The translations under genes and the position numbers were made by a program. Positions 40,819-53,187 of a stretch of DNA of 64,000 nt are shown here, piece by piece. Under the pieces are notes generated by a model that made no database searches, had not been told where the DNA came from, and saw nothing but the letters and a program-made list of their open reading frames with translations. The stretch is taken from assembly GCA_051294905.1 (NCBI GenBank), contig CM119378.1, positions 1,800,001 through 1,864,000 on the forward strand, read 5' to 3'. Position 1 is the first letter of the stretch; each line of letters begins with the position of its first letter. This stretch comes from Botryllus schlosseri. Taxonomy: Eukaryota.

Positions 40819-41739
40819 ACTATGATGCGATTCCATCTGATCATTCACCTTATATCGTTCACTATTTTTGAAGGGCGACTCGCACGCTGTCAATGTCATC
40901 TAATACAAGTGTACGACATTTGTTTTTGTGTATCTGATATGCCTCTGGACGTCTTTGTGGTCCTGCATGTGGAACATGATCCACCCTCCAGCGGAAATCG
41001 AATGCGCTCGACTTCATACAATGAAAAGACAGGAAATAGTCGACATTTGAAGTCCATCAATCAAACACCATGCTTGAAAAATTGCTCAATTGGCGCAAGC
41101 AGAACGTATATTGCAGACAATCACGATTCATAAGGCGCGTGTTGCCACGTTCGATATCCTTCAAGCGAACCAATCCGAATCATTAGTCATCATCAGCGAT
41201 TTTAATATCTATAGCGTACAACGTGTAGGGCGTGTATGACCTATATTTAATGATACAGCGTATACAGAGTGTTTCGAGCTACACTGTGCCTAACATTATT
41301 ACATGAAGACAGGACTATTCGGCGACCGAACATAATAGAGATCTAAGGCTTTGACAAAACACGGTGGCCATTTCTATGCCAGGGTTTTATGGACCATCTT
41401 GTCTGCGTAATTCGCGTATGTCGTGGTATGCCCTGATGCCGAATAGACCCGTGCTCCGTCAGTTCGAAGGGATGTACAGTATTGTATAATGGATTTATTA
41501 TGGACCAGTCGGTCGTTTATAGATATTTTTCATCGATTTAAAAACACCACAAGATTGCGATATAATGAAACGTTAGGAGGGTCTCGAAACAACGTGTATT
41601 AAAGTAGTATGTAGGGATTGATTTAAACGTAACTTAGTGCCCATAAAACATATTCAATTCTTCATGTACGGGCGGTAGGCGTACTATAATCTCCCTACAT
41701 CATTGTAACCATATATATGCTCTACTGGATTGCAAAATA

Positions 41740-44700
41740 TTACGGGCACGACTGTGATTTACTAATAGATGTACATCCAGTGGATTTGGATATCTGGAAA
41801 ATCTTTTGAGGAACCTGCCTCACGTCGTCGAGGTTATTTGTAGCAAATACGTTTCGGTGTGCGCCTGCGATTTGAAGCAGCTGCTGTTTGCCTAGCCGGC
41901 CCACGTTGATTCCAGTCGCCAAAATCTGCAAAAAAGTGTACGATATTATATTGTCAAATCACTTGTCAAATGTCAGATCTCGACACAACACGAATGATGT
42001 GGATAAAATATTTTACGGCCGACTTACATTGATTCCTCGGTTCCGAATTGTTTTGCTAATGTCTAAGACGTCGTCGTTCGACCGACCAGAGGAAACCAAA
42101 ATAATGAAGTGCTCTCTTTTTCGGTCCCATTTTTCGTAAATGACATTATTTATATATTGAAGCGCCTTTCCCGTGGAAGAAACTGGAAATATAAAGAGAA
42201 TACCGATTCGTAAATGGAGTAGGCTATATGCCGCTACAGGATCTGATGATAATCTCGCTATTGCGAGCAAAAGGCTGTTCAGTTGACGTTTTCCATGTTT
42301 AAAGATCTTTGGAGGGTCATTTCATGATAATCATGCAGTGTATTTCAGTATAATTATAAACTTTATAGCTACATAGTAGCATGAGTTCTATACTTCTATA
42401 CTTAGGAAAGGGCTCGTGTGTTTCGTAGGATATCCAAATTTGGAAGATTATGGATTCATTGATCAATCAATATTCATTGGTCTCACCTACAAAAATTGAA
42501 ATCGGGTTGACATACTTTTATATTTTACTTGTATAGCGGATATAGCTGTATTTTTCTTATTCATGTGTGTACGTTTTCACGTCTGCATGAAATGAATGTC
42601 GTAAGGTGGCGCAAAATAACATCAGTCACAATGGTAGCAAGTAGCTAGCAACCTGTGGCGAATGTCGACAAAGTTTCTCGCCCTAGCAGATTTACCTCAT
42701 GCACTTTGGCACTCATTATGCGTTTTATTTCTTTTTACAGAATCATAGACATAAGATATAGGCTTTGTAAGAGGAATTCTAAGTTTATATCGGATTAGGA
42801 TAAGGTTTGGAATATACAAAATTTATGGATTTGGACTAGCATTTGAAGTTTCGGATTTGGATTGGATTTGGATTGGATTAGGACATAGAAATTTCAAATC
42901 CTATCATCTCTGGTATCAACGGCGTCAAAACAAGAGTGAATATTGCTTCAAATCTAAGCCAAATACTGCTTCAACAAATGCATGCTTATCATACACTTAT
43001 GAAATACTTTTAGACTACTACGAAACGTAAAGATATCATCGGCGTTGGAATCCTCATTCAAACGCAGTAAGCTTTCACATTTTGTATCGAGTTCATTACC
43101 GGTCGGTATCTGATTTCACAGACTACTCTAAGTCGTTTGGACACCTTCCTATCTTTTTGTTGTATCGCAATCCTGTGGTGTTTTGATCTGATGAAATTAT
43201 TAATATACTGAATTAGCATATACCTATATAATATTTGGTAAGGTTGGGATGGTACCGCAACTCTTGTCTCCTACGTCCATAAGTTATCATAATCACCTGT
43301 TCCTCCGAACTTCATCCGACGCAGTTCATCTACGATCGGAGCCACGTCCTTGACACTTCGAAGTCGACGCGTCGCGATTTCCGTACCGACATCTACTTCA
43401 CCCGCGTACGTAAACCCAGCAAACGTTACTTGAAGCCGGTATTGCAACATCAGAGTCAGATAAGATTCAGTAAATTCGACCATCATGTTCCAATCGCGTC
43501 TGGTCTTAATCGCACTTCGATCGAACGCCATAGCGATCTTGATTCTGCTGTTAAACAGACACTGAACACAACAGAAATGATCTCGCCTGCTCCACGTGGC
43601 TGTTGTCAGGCATTCTGTGTTTTCGTATCTCTTGGTCGTGAACCGGTTGATGCATATCAACTGACAGGTAGAACCGATTCTTGTTCCGTTGGTGCAGTCA
43701 AGTCGTCCGTTCATGACCGGGCCGAAATCGTCGCAATGACTTCTTTCACATGTAGGCGCCTCTTCGCTCCACTTTCCATACTGTTCGCTGTCTTCATCAT
43801 ACAAGCACACCAGAGGACGGCCGTGAGACGGCTCGTGTTTTTCGCTACATGAAAAGGAACAAGTAGAACCAAATTCATTACCTCGTGTACATTTCGGACT
43901 GTAGCCCATGTCGGGCGGTGTTAACTGCGGTAAACACGTTTTTAACAGGCATCTTGGAGCTAACGAGGTCCACTGTTTCTCGTTGTTGCATTCCGAAGTG
44001 ACTCGTCTCGAAGTTACAATTTCTGAATTAGTGTTCTGCACCATATAATACGCGTCGCTCTTACACTTGTATATGCATTGCGTTCCTACTCTGTGTTCCG
44101 AAGCCTTGAATCCGTCCGGAGGCGTGCAAGTTTGAACGACAGTATCTTTGTCATACTTTGGAGCGTCGCATTGGCCCAGTCTACATATCGGTTGGTCTGC
44201 GGTCCATTCTCCTATAGGAGATCCTTCCACTTTTCCTTTCCGACACATCGTGTAGCTCCCGCCTATTCTGTCGTGTCCATCGGCGCAGTAAAACACGCAG
44301 AAGCTGCCTCTCAGGTTTATTAACGAGCATATGCGAAAACCGTTTTCCAAGACGGGAAAGCGCGGGCAGGTTATTGGTACGCAGTTCGGTTTCTCGACTC
44401 GCGACCACGTACCAATGGCCGTGCCGTCTTTAGGCGGTAGACATCGCGAGGTCTCAAATTTAGTTGCGGTGCCTTCCAACACGTAGTCAGGGTGACAGGA
44501 TAGTTGGCATACGCTGTCTTTCCCGTTCTTTTTGGTGCAACTTATCCGCTCTGTCCTTTCGGCTACAAATTCCGGCAAACAGATTATAGGTTTACAGTCA
44601 ACCGCCACTGCTGACCATTCACCTTTCGCATCACCATTCTCACCACGCTCGCATTTTGACACCCAAGTGTCTTCAGTCGTGCCGGTTAAATCGTAGTCGT

Positions 44701-47700
44701 TGTTACAAGAAAAGGCGCATTCGCTCCCATGAAAGTTCATATCCGAGCACGTAACCTGTCCGCCGAAAGGATCTCTGAAGGAAGGTTCGCATATGATCCT
44801 AGAACAAGTACCAGGGGGTCGACTCCATACGCCAATTGCGTTACCGTCGCCATCATCTTGACACGTAGCGGACACGCGTCTGATAGCGGTACCATCCAAA
44901 TCGTATCCCGTGTCGCAAGTAAACGTACAGACGCTGCCCTGCATGTTGCCCCGAGAACATTGCACTTTTCCGTTTGCAACATCTGTCAGTTCTGGGAAGC
45001 ATAATATCTTACTGCAGACTGGAAATTCGTTAGTCCAAGAGCCAGAAGAAGACCGCCTTGTTTGCGTGCATGTTGATTCGGTTTCGCCGATCAGTTGAAA
45101 GCCGTCTTTGCATGAAAATGAGCACTCGCTACCGAACGTATTTCCAGTGGTACATTTTGATATCCTGTTGGGATCATTCTGAGGATTCTTGCATTTTCCT
45201 TTGACACAAGTCGGCTCTTCACTGTCCCACAATCTGCTTCTAGTGCATGTTGCTGTATTTTTGCCTCTCAGGTAAAAATTCTTTTCGCAGGTGTAGGTAC
45301 ATTTTGTGCCCGCGTAATTTAGACCTTCGTACCCATCGTACTCCTTCACATTTTCGCAACTCACGAACCCGTTTTCAGGGGCTGTTCTCTCGGGGTTGCA
45401 TCTGATGATGACTTTCTTGCACGTTACCGGCTTGTCTCGTATCTGCCACACACCGGTTCGACTGCCTTTGGATTTTCGTGCGCATGTAGCGCGATCCGAG
45501 CCAATTCTGCGGTAACCGTCGAAGCATCGTATGGTACATCGAGAGCCGAACTTGATCTCCCTTGGGCAATCGGTGAAGCCGTTTATAGGCGCCGGTAACT
45601 TTTCACACGGCGGCGGGGCTGTAGAAACATAACACAACCTGAGGTATAGTCAAAGTGTAATCATCAGAGTTAGATGTCTCTAGTTGTCAAACTACACTTG
45701 TTACAGCGAAATGCCAGTAATCTCATTCTAGTCTAATTTGCGAAATGTATCTATGCCATAATTTTAACTTTATCTAATTTAAGGTCATCATGAAAATTGG
45801 TACAGGAGAACTGTACATTGCGAAACGAGTCAAGTTCTGTGTTCAGACTTAAGCCATTATCGTGCTGATGAGACTGAACTCTGATTTGATATGAACTGAA
45901 CTTGAACCATCGTTGATATTCAAGAAGAAGAAGTAGAAGTGACGCCGTAAATCTCTACTCAAGTTCAAGAGAAATGGCGGTTTCTAAGTAAGTGAAAAGT
46001 AGGTACTCTAGGTTGTGCATAAAAAAACCCATCAGAATTGGAAGTATTAGCACTAGTACAGTGGAAGTATTGGTAATGTTATAAAATTTATTCTTGCACC
46101 GCGATACAAGAGCTATGTCGCCAGTTTCTATGGCAATTCACAAAGGCAAAAAAGACAAAGTGACGATAATTCACCCCAAAACTATTATCGACTTTTCAAA
46201 ATCCAAAATTTCAAAAGATGATACTCAAGTTCCCGCAGAAGTATCGCTTTCAAAGTAAGTAACAAAAGTAAGTATTCAAGCTGCACCTAGTTTTGCCGTG
46301 AAAACTGAAAACTGTGAAGTAGAAGTACAATCGTAACGACTTGTAGTGAAATAGTGAAATCTACTTGAGTATTCCAAAAAAGTAGAAGAATACATCAGAG
46401 TACAAGACATGCGCAAACACCAAATGATCATTCGTAAATCCCCCCCCCCTCAAATGGACCTAGAATGTTCATATAGTGAGATAACGTTGGAGCGCTCTAT
46501 CGTAATCTTGTGTTTGGAATTAATGAAAATATTAATAAAACTAACCGGAACCAGTGTGACACATACAATGCAGATACTTACGAGGTTTACAACCAGACTC
46601 TTTCGAATTACACCCAGATGTACCACAGCAGCATCGGCATACCATATTACGAATTTTACTTCCACACTGATTGTTTTTGTTCTGAATCACAAAATGAGTG
46701 TAAGTAAGTTACTTACTACGCTAAATATTTTCAAAGACATCTGCAACTCAAAGGCTTCAATATTAGATCCGTAAAATGTAGTTTGAGAACACCTAAAGTG
46801 CTGATGGAATAAAGAAACATTTAGCTAAGCTATAAAATCCGACTTAGAATGAGATGCAGGTATAAGAAACTCAATTGAAGTGGGAACTGTCAACTGTCAT
46901 TTTAGATTTAGAAATCTTTCTAATCCAAACCTTAGGGTAAAGTGTTGACTTAAAAGTTACAAATCAATATGATACCTGTCGAACTTCATTCCTACAGGCA
47001 GCCCTCTGCTTGCAACCTTTGGTGATGAGCTGCCGTCCGCTTGCGGTGCGAAAGTCGTTTTGGCATACCTGCCCAAAAAGCACATGAATACAACCAATAT
47101 TAAATAAATAGTACAGTTACTATACAACCGCATGCTTGGCCCTGCAAATACTTGGCGTATAACATTCCGATATTCTACAACTTGCTAGACCAGTGATTCT
47201 TAACCTGTGTGAAGGCTCCGAACCAAGTGGAATCACCGTATACGTACATGCATTCAACGAACGCTTCGGACTTGAAAATTAAAATGTATATAGATATTTC
47301 GGTCATCTTATAGCTGTATGGCCGGCTACTCAAAGCGGAAAAATATGAAGTAGGTCTTAATGTAAGATATCTCGCACGATGATTCCGAAAATTTAAATTG
47401 TATTGTGATGCAGGCAATTGAACCCGTACAAAATCACAATCAAATATGAAAATCGGCATTGCATGCTTCGCGCTGTGAAACAACGAGGCATTGCAACTGA
47501 GTTTCCATTGCTCGGTAGCAATGAGTCTGGGCCAATGTTTCTCGAATCACGGGGGTTGACACGACACCCTATTCCTACAGAAATAGTAACACTCATTTGT
47601 AGTAAATATCCGATATAGTTTATGTGTTTTGCGTGAGAACAATGATTTAATGATTTTGTTCTTTAAACACACTTTTTGATGCACAGTTCATTATGTGCAT

Positions 47701-48683
47701 CAGTATTGGCTAATAGGATGCTTTTTATCGTGACTTTTCGCTATGAGTGCAGGTTAAGAACCCCCGCGCTAGACCAGACCTTGGTAACTTATATGTATGG
47801 TGGCGTGTGATAAATCATATTTACAGTTAGCGATGTCTGAGCGAGGTAGCGTAATGGGGATGCGTTTGGCTTCTTGATCGAACGCATCATGATCGGTAGG
47901 TCGTGGGTTCGCTCGCAGGCCGGGTCAGACCAAAGACATGAAAACTATGCGCTCGGAATACTAGCAGACCAGTTGACCTTAATTGAATGTAACGTCGCAT
48001 CTCCGTCGTCAAAGCACCTCGAGGGCGCAGACGAAAAGAAATCTGATCCCTCTCTCTTTAGGATTTGTAAAGCTAATCTCATCCCATATCCTAATAGGTA
48101 GCCATCTGAAACCCGCAGACAGTAACCGGGTTAGGATGAAACTCACATCGTCTGGATTCGGACATTCCAACATGGCACCGTGCTGGTTGTGGCATTCTTT
48201 CAGTGTCGATTTACCGTCGCAAACCCAACATTTAATGCCTGAAAACAATGATGTGCTGATCACGTCTCATATACTGGCAATATACGGCGATGACACATGT
48301 CATTATAATCGTAATCGATTATTTTCTTGAATCGGTAGCATACGGTTAGGGAAAAATGACGAATTTGGTTAACGATAAACTCTTACGATATCAGGTAATT
48401 ACACATTTTATTACTTCAACGTCAATTTATCAACGTAAGCCATTTGAATCGCCAACGTAAGTTACGGTGTAATTATCCCTTGCTACCATTCAAATGATTA
48501 CTATCATTAACGTAACATCTTTCCGATCAAAGCGAACATGATCGCATGGCATCTTATAAGTTCCAAATATGACCTTATTTTCTGGTTCTGGCCCAATCAA
48601 GCTAACTCACCTGCTGCATTTCTCACGGTAAATCCGAAAATAGTAACCGCCAATAAAAAGCATACAGCAGTTCTATCCAACAT
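41740..48683 (-). CDS. Secreted protein: signal peptide + Ly6/three-finger-like Cys-rich domain + 10 sushi/CCP domains + degenerate vWA domain, ~1006 aa
   Basis: Exons (-) 48683-48611 (MLDRTAVCFLLAVTIFGFTVRNAA), 48238-48147 (IKCWVCD...), 47068-46976, 46681-46582 (...CRCCCGTSGCN), 45618-43297 (10 CCPs plus vWA start), 42182-42028 (TGKALQY...IILVSSG), 41925-41740. All GT-AG with matching phases. AATAAA on the minus strand at about 41494-41499. Confidence 0.9.
47839..48010 (+). mobile_element. Degenerate tRNA-derived SINE in an intron of the sushi/vWA gene
   Basis: A-box-like TAGCGTAATGG and B-box-like GGTTCGCTC, followed by GGGTCAGACCAAAGAC. Homologous to 52517-52774. Confidence 0.7.
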
Positions 48684-51472
48684 GTTGGCAAACCTGTATC
48701 GTATAATAACAAGGAATGGTTTTACATCTATACGTATACATTATACCCAGAAATTTTAGGAATTACTAATAACATTCCAAACCAAATTTCTCCTGCTGCC
48801 GGAATTTCACTGCGGTTTCACGTATCGAAATGTAAACTAACAAATCCCACACAAAAACAATCATGATTGATCGGTGCCGTCTAACTATTGATAATAGTTG
48901 ATTCGATATGTTATCGCCTGACTGCGCTATCTCGCTATAGACTGCTATGGTATGATATAGCGTCCAAGTTTTAACGCCGATAAGACAATTTGCGCAATCA
49001 TTTTTAATTCAATTTGTAATTTTGTTCGTGAATATAAGATTTTCGTACGTACAGAAATGCGTTTTCTAATCAGCCTCACTGCGTGTATGTTTTTCGTAAA
49101 AAAAAAAAACATTTAACACCAGTTCAATCAACTGAAATATGTACTGCTTGAAGTATACACGTCCTTACAGTTTTGAAAATAGTCTAAATAATCTCTTCAT
49201 TGCGTATTTTTTATTTATTTATTCAGAATGGATTTTGATTAGACTCTGAAAACCAGCGTAACAAACGAGAAAAAAGAGACCACACTATATATCAGTTTCT
49301 CCATAGACTAGATGAGTTATGTTCATGTCAGACTTCGTCGTTGAAAGACCGTTCTCTTGTTGCTATATTCTCGGATTAGTCTAATCACGATTTCAATTGT
49401 TCCGTAAATACATATACATGATTGACAAGCCCATGAAGTCGTCGATTCGTAATAAAGGTCTTTTTCGATAATACAAGGAATTGCGCTCATGAGAGAAGCA
49501 CGCGTAAATGCAGCACAACTGTATGCTGCTTTTCGTAAGAATTCATAATCATAAAGTCTGATTGGTGGTTACATGTGAACGACTTTTGATTGTCCTGTTT
49601 GGTACATCCAAATCTTCCGTTGATGAAGGTTTTAAAACCTTTTCAAAATCAAATCATAAATTAAGTAAAGTCGATTGATGACAACTCGAATCATTTAATG
49701 GGTTTGCACAATTAGATAATTGGGTAATTCTAGTTGTAGAATAATTGAATCGAAATCGAATTCGTTAAACATTTATTTGCTCTAATTTTAGCTTTTATTT
49801 AATTTCCGGTTTTCCAGAAAATACTACAGGGTAACTGTATAGTGCGAAACGAGCCTAGTTTTCTGTACAGATATTCTTCATTTCCAAGTTTCCGCGAATT
49901 CAGTAATCCCAATTCTAATTTAATTCGGAAAAACTTATGCAAGCATAATTTTAATATAATTTAAAAAAGTAAGTATGTATAATTCTAATTCTAGTTTAAT
50001 TTAGAAAGGCTGAATTTTCCTGGTTGTCCAAGTCTGTCAACTGCATTATATGAATGTGAATGCATTATATATTTGTCATAGAATACATTGCGCATTAGTA
50101 GAACACAAAATATTACAGCCTTCAAGTCTGAATAATACATAAAACCGATTTTAACAATCTTCCATAGGCCTACCTTACTCGGGATTGTGCGAACGTTCTG
50201 TTTTCTTTCGGTATGCAAATCTAAATTTCGTGTTCGCATACAAACCTTGTAAGGTTATGCATTGTCATCATTTTACGAATATACAGTAATTTTACAGCAA
50301 TATCAATCTCATCGATCCAATTTCTTTGAATTGCAACATCCGATTGATCTCTATAAATGAAAGGAACATGAACTCAAAACTGAAATAAACCTGGTATAGC
50401 CGAATATTCGGTCAATCGTATTTTGCGTGCAACATCACAATATTTCGGATGTGAATGATATATTGACTCGCATCTTGGAAACCGGCAGGAGCGAGACCAT
50501 GACATACAGTCATTGGCGTTACGCGATTCCAAATTGTTCATTAGCTCAGATCAGCGAATAAACGATTTAACGAACCCCGGATCAAATTTTGCCAATATAA
50601 GCAGAGGAGATCAGTAACGAATTACCCGATTTACATTCTCTATATAAAATATCCTGACTCCTTCCGCCACAGTATCTCCAGAGAATTTGTGTTGCCAAAC
50701 GGAAGGGTTATCTAATGAAACAATGGAAATAGAAAAGAACTGACTCACAAGGCAACAGTCCCCGAGCACCAACACTATATGCCCATAATACCAAAAACAA
50801 TAACAACAACTAAGTACTTTTACTGATTCAAAGTACTCAAGTAAAATGTGATTACTCGCACCACTTCTTAAAGTGGTTATGAATTTAGATTGCTTACATT
50901 TCTACTTGACACTTTGTCGTCTTTCTAGGCAAAACTGCCCTTACTACTAAATTCCTAAAATACTGCTAAACCATTCTCCCATTTTTATTACATACATGAA
51001 AATCAATATTTCTACTTCCACTTCAGTACAAACGATATCACTTCGACCGCCTCTCATTATGAGATGATGGTAGGACATTGCACTCTACTCAAATCATCAC
51101 AAGGTATATCAATCGGAGTTGGGAAAAATCGAGTACCCGAGTGATTCGATTCTGAATTGAATAGCTTCTTCGAGTCACGTCGAATATCACTCATTTACCA
51201 CAAAGAATGCAATGCCAGTTTTACATAACACTAAAGATAATTTGGTCCATTTTTCGACCGTACCCATTTCATTGCACTTTGTGACAATGCCGTGGGTTGA
51301 TCACTTCAGAGATTTGTCGTTTCCACTAACGTGCGTTGCTTTGTACTATATGTTTCGTATGCTGTCGTCCGAACAGTGGAGGTTCCAACGCCTTCACAGT
51401 AGCAAATACTATCAAAGTTATAATGCCACTAGATAAATTAAATCTTAGTGGCATGGAGTGTATGATCTCAAT

Positions 51473-53187
51473 CAGAGTTGGATCAATTACAATATTTCAG
51501 TTCAATTACAATTACAATTACAATTACTTTCATGCGTGTTTCAATTACATTACAATTACAATTACTCCATGCTAAAAATATCAAATTACAATTACAATTA
51601 CAATTACTCCGTGCATGCTTCAATTACATTACAATTACAATTACAATTGCTGCTGTTCAACATGTAATTGAATAATCATAAATTCAACCGTGCTCCTTGA
51701 CAACCGTAGCGTCGTAATTAACAACAATTCAAGTATTCATGTTTCATTCATGATGCGCAAATACCCGTTAATTAATAAAAAGAAAAAACGTTTTCGAACT
51801 ATTCCAGTATGCACTATGCAGTATGTCGTTGAAAAAAGTATTATAATATATGCACATGTTGGATTTGCGTATATAGTATATAATTAAATAAATATTAATA
51901 TTTTTATCGAGGGACGTAGGAATTAGGATGAGGAGTAAAAACAAAACCGTGCTTTGTCAGATAAGACGTTATATAATATCCAGTGGTCTGGTTAGTTAGC
52001 CAGACGAAGTAACGATGCAGCATCGTGATCTGAAATCGTATTGTAGATTGCCAACCCACGGATAGGTGCGCAAGATGTGAGTCACGGATGAATGCACCGA
52101 CAAACGTACTGCCGAGCCGGCTAAAAGCAGCAAACTTTGTAGTCCTAGAGCTGGCGATCCAAGCGTCCAAATTTGATGCATCTGGTCTTTATCGTAAGCT
52201 ATTGATGCACTAATTCCGAAAATACAAATTAAAATCTCGTCAGGGCAATGTAACTGCTCCAAAATAGCCGTTCAAGGCCGACTGTTCTGAAAAGTGAGAG
52301 CGCCGCAGCAGCATGACCACAACAATGACCAATTACGCCCAGCGATTGTTCAGAACAATGCCGATTCCCAGACTTTCACGACTATTTTGGGATGGTACCA
52401 TTGCCTGGAAATATACTTTTATTGCGGAATCAGTGCGATTAGGACCATACATATCAAATTTTGACGCTTGGATCGCCAGCAATTGGACTATCAATTCTGC
52501 TGCTTTTAGCCGGCTCAGAGAGAGAGAGAGAGATGATATTCTTTTTCGCCCGCACCATCGAGATGCTTTGACGACGGAGTTGCGATACGGCCCCATGAGG
52601 TCATCTAGTCTGCGCCCCCGTTTTTTTCTCCTCCATGCTATCCGTGATTGCTGAGCGCCTAGCAGGATAGCTGCGGATACCAATTTTCGAGTCTTTGGTA
52701 TGACCCGGCCGGGGATCGAACCCACGACCTACCGCTCGAGAAGCCGGACGTATAACCATTACACTATCTCGCCCAGCAGTTCGCTTCTCGGCGTATTCAA
52801 TCGTGAGTCACGTGTTGCGAATCCATCCGTTGGTTAGCAATCTAATAATTGTATACAATGGCAGCCGAGGCCAGCATAGCGGTAAATATAAAAAACTTCG
52901 CCTGCAAGGGCGCAGTCAAGGGCTTCCGCGAATGGATCCATCAAATTCCTTGTCGACATTTAAAGAGAATGCATTATAAGTCAATTATTTTATGTTGTGC
53001 TTGTCAGGTCTCAATAGCAATTTAATGTAATTGAAATTGTAATTGAGCAGAATTTTTGTCAAATTACAATTACAATTACAATTACACAAAATAAAAATGC
53101 TTCAATTACAATTACATTACAATTACATTGAAAAATGTAATTAATTACATTCAATTACAATTACAAATTACAATTGATCCAACTCTG
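51473..53187. mobile_element. hAT-like element with (ATTACA)n subterminal repeats
   Basis: TIR CAGAGTTGGATCAATT...AATTGATCCAACTCTG with perfect TSD ATCTCAAT. Contains a SINE and an internal inverted repeat. Confidence 0.9.
52517..52774 (-). mobile_element. tRNA-derived SINE
   Basis: Minus strand GGGCGAGATAGTGTAATGGTTA (A box)...GGTTCGATCCCC (B box), then GGGTCATACCAAAGACT core and a (CT)n tail. Confidence 0.85.

Noticed and set aside
36151..40899. Identical mirrored ORFs (116, 111 and 83-149 aa) on opposite strands
   Set aside because: By-products of the inverted transposon pair and GATTAC repeats (RLRLRL, ITITIT); no protein-like features.
46510..46707. Plus-strand 65-aa ORF ending near gtaagt, resembling a nested exon
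   Set aside because: It is the antisense of the real minus-strand exon 46681-46582 of the sushi/vWA gene.
52690..52774. Possible tRNA gene
   Set aside because: Continues into a SINE body and tail, and has a decayed dispersed copy at 47839; called a SINE.
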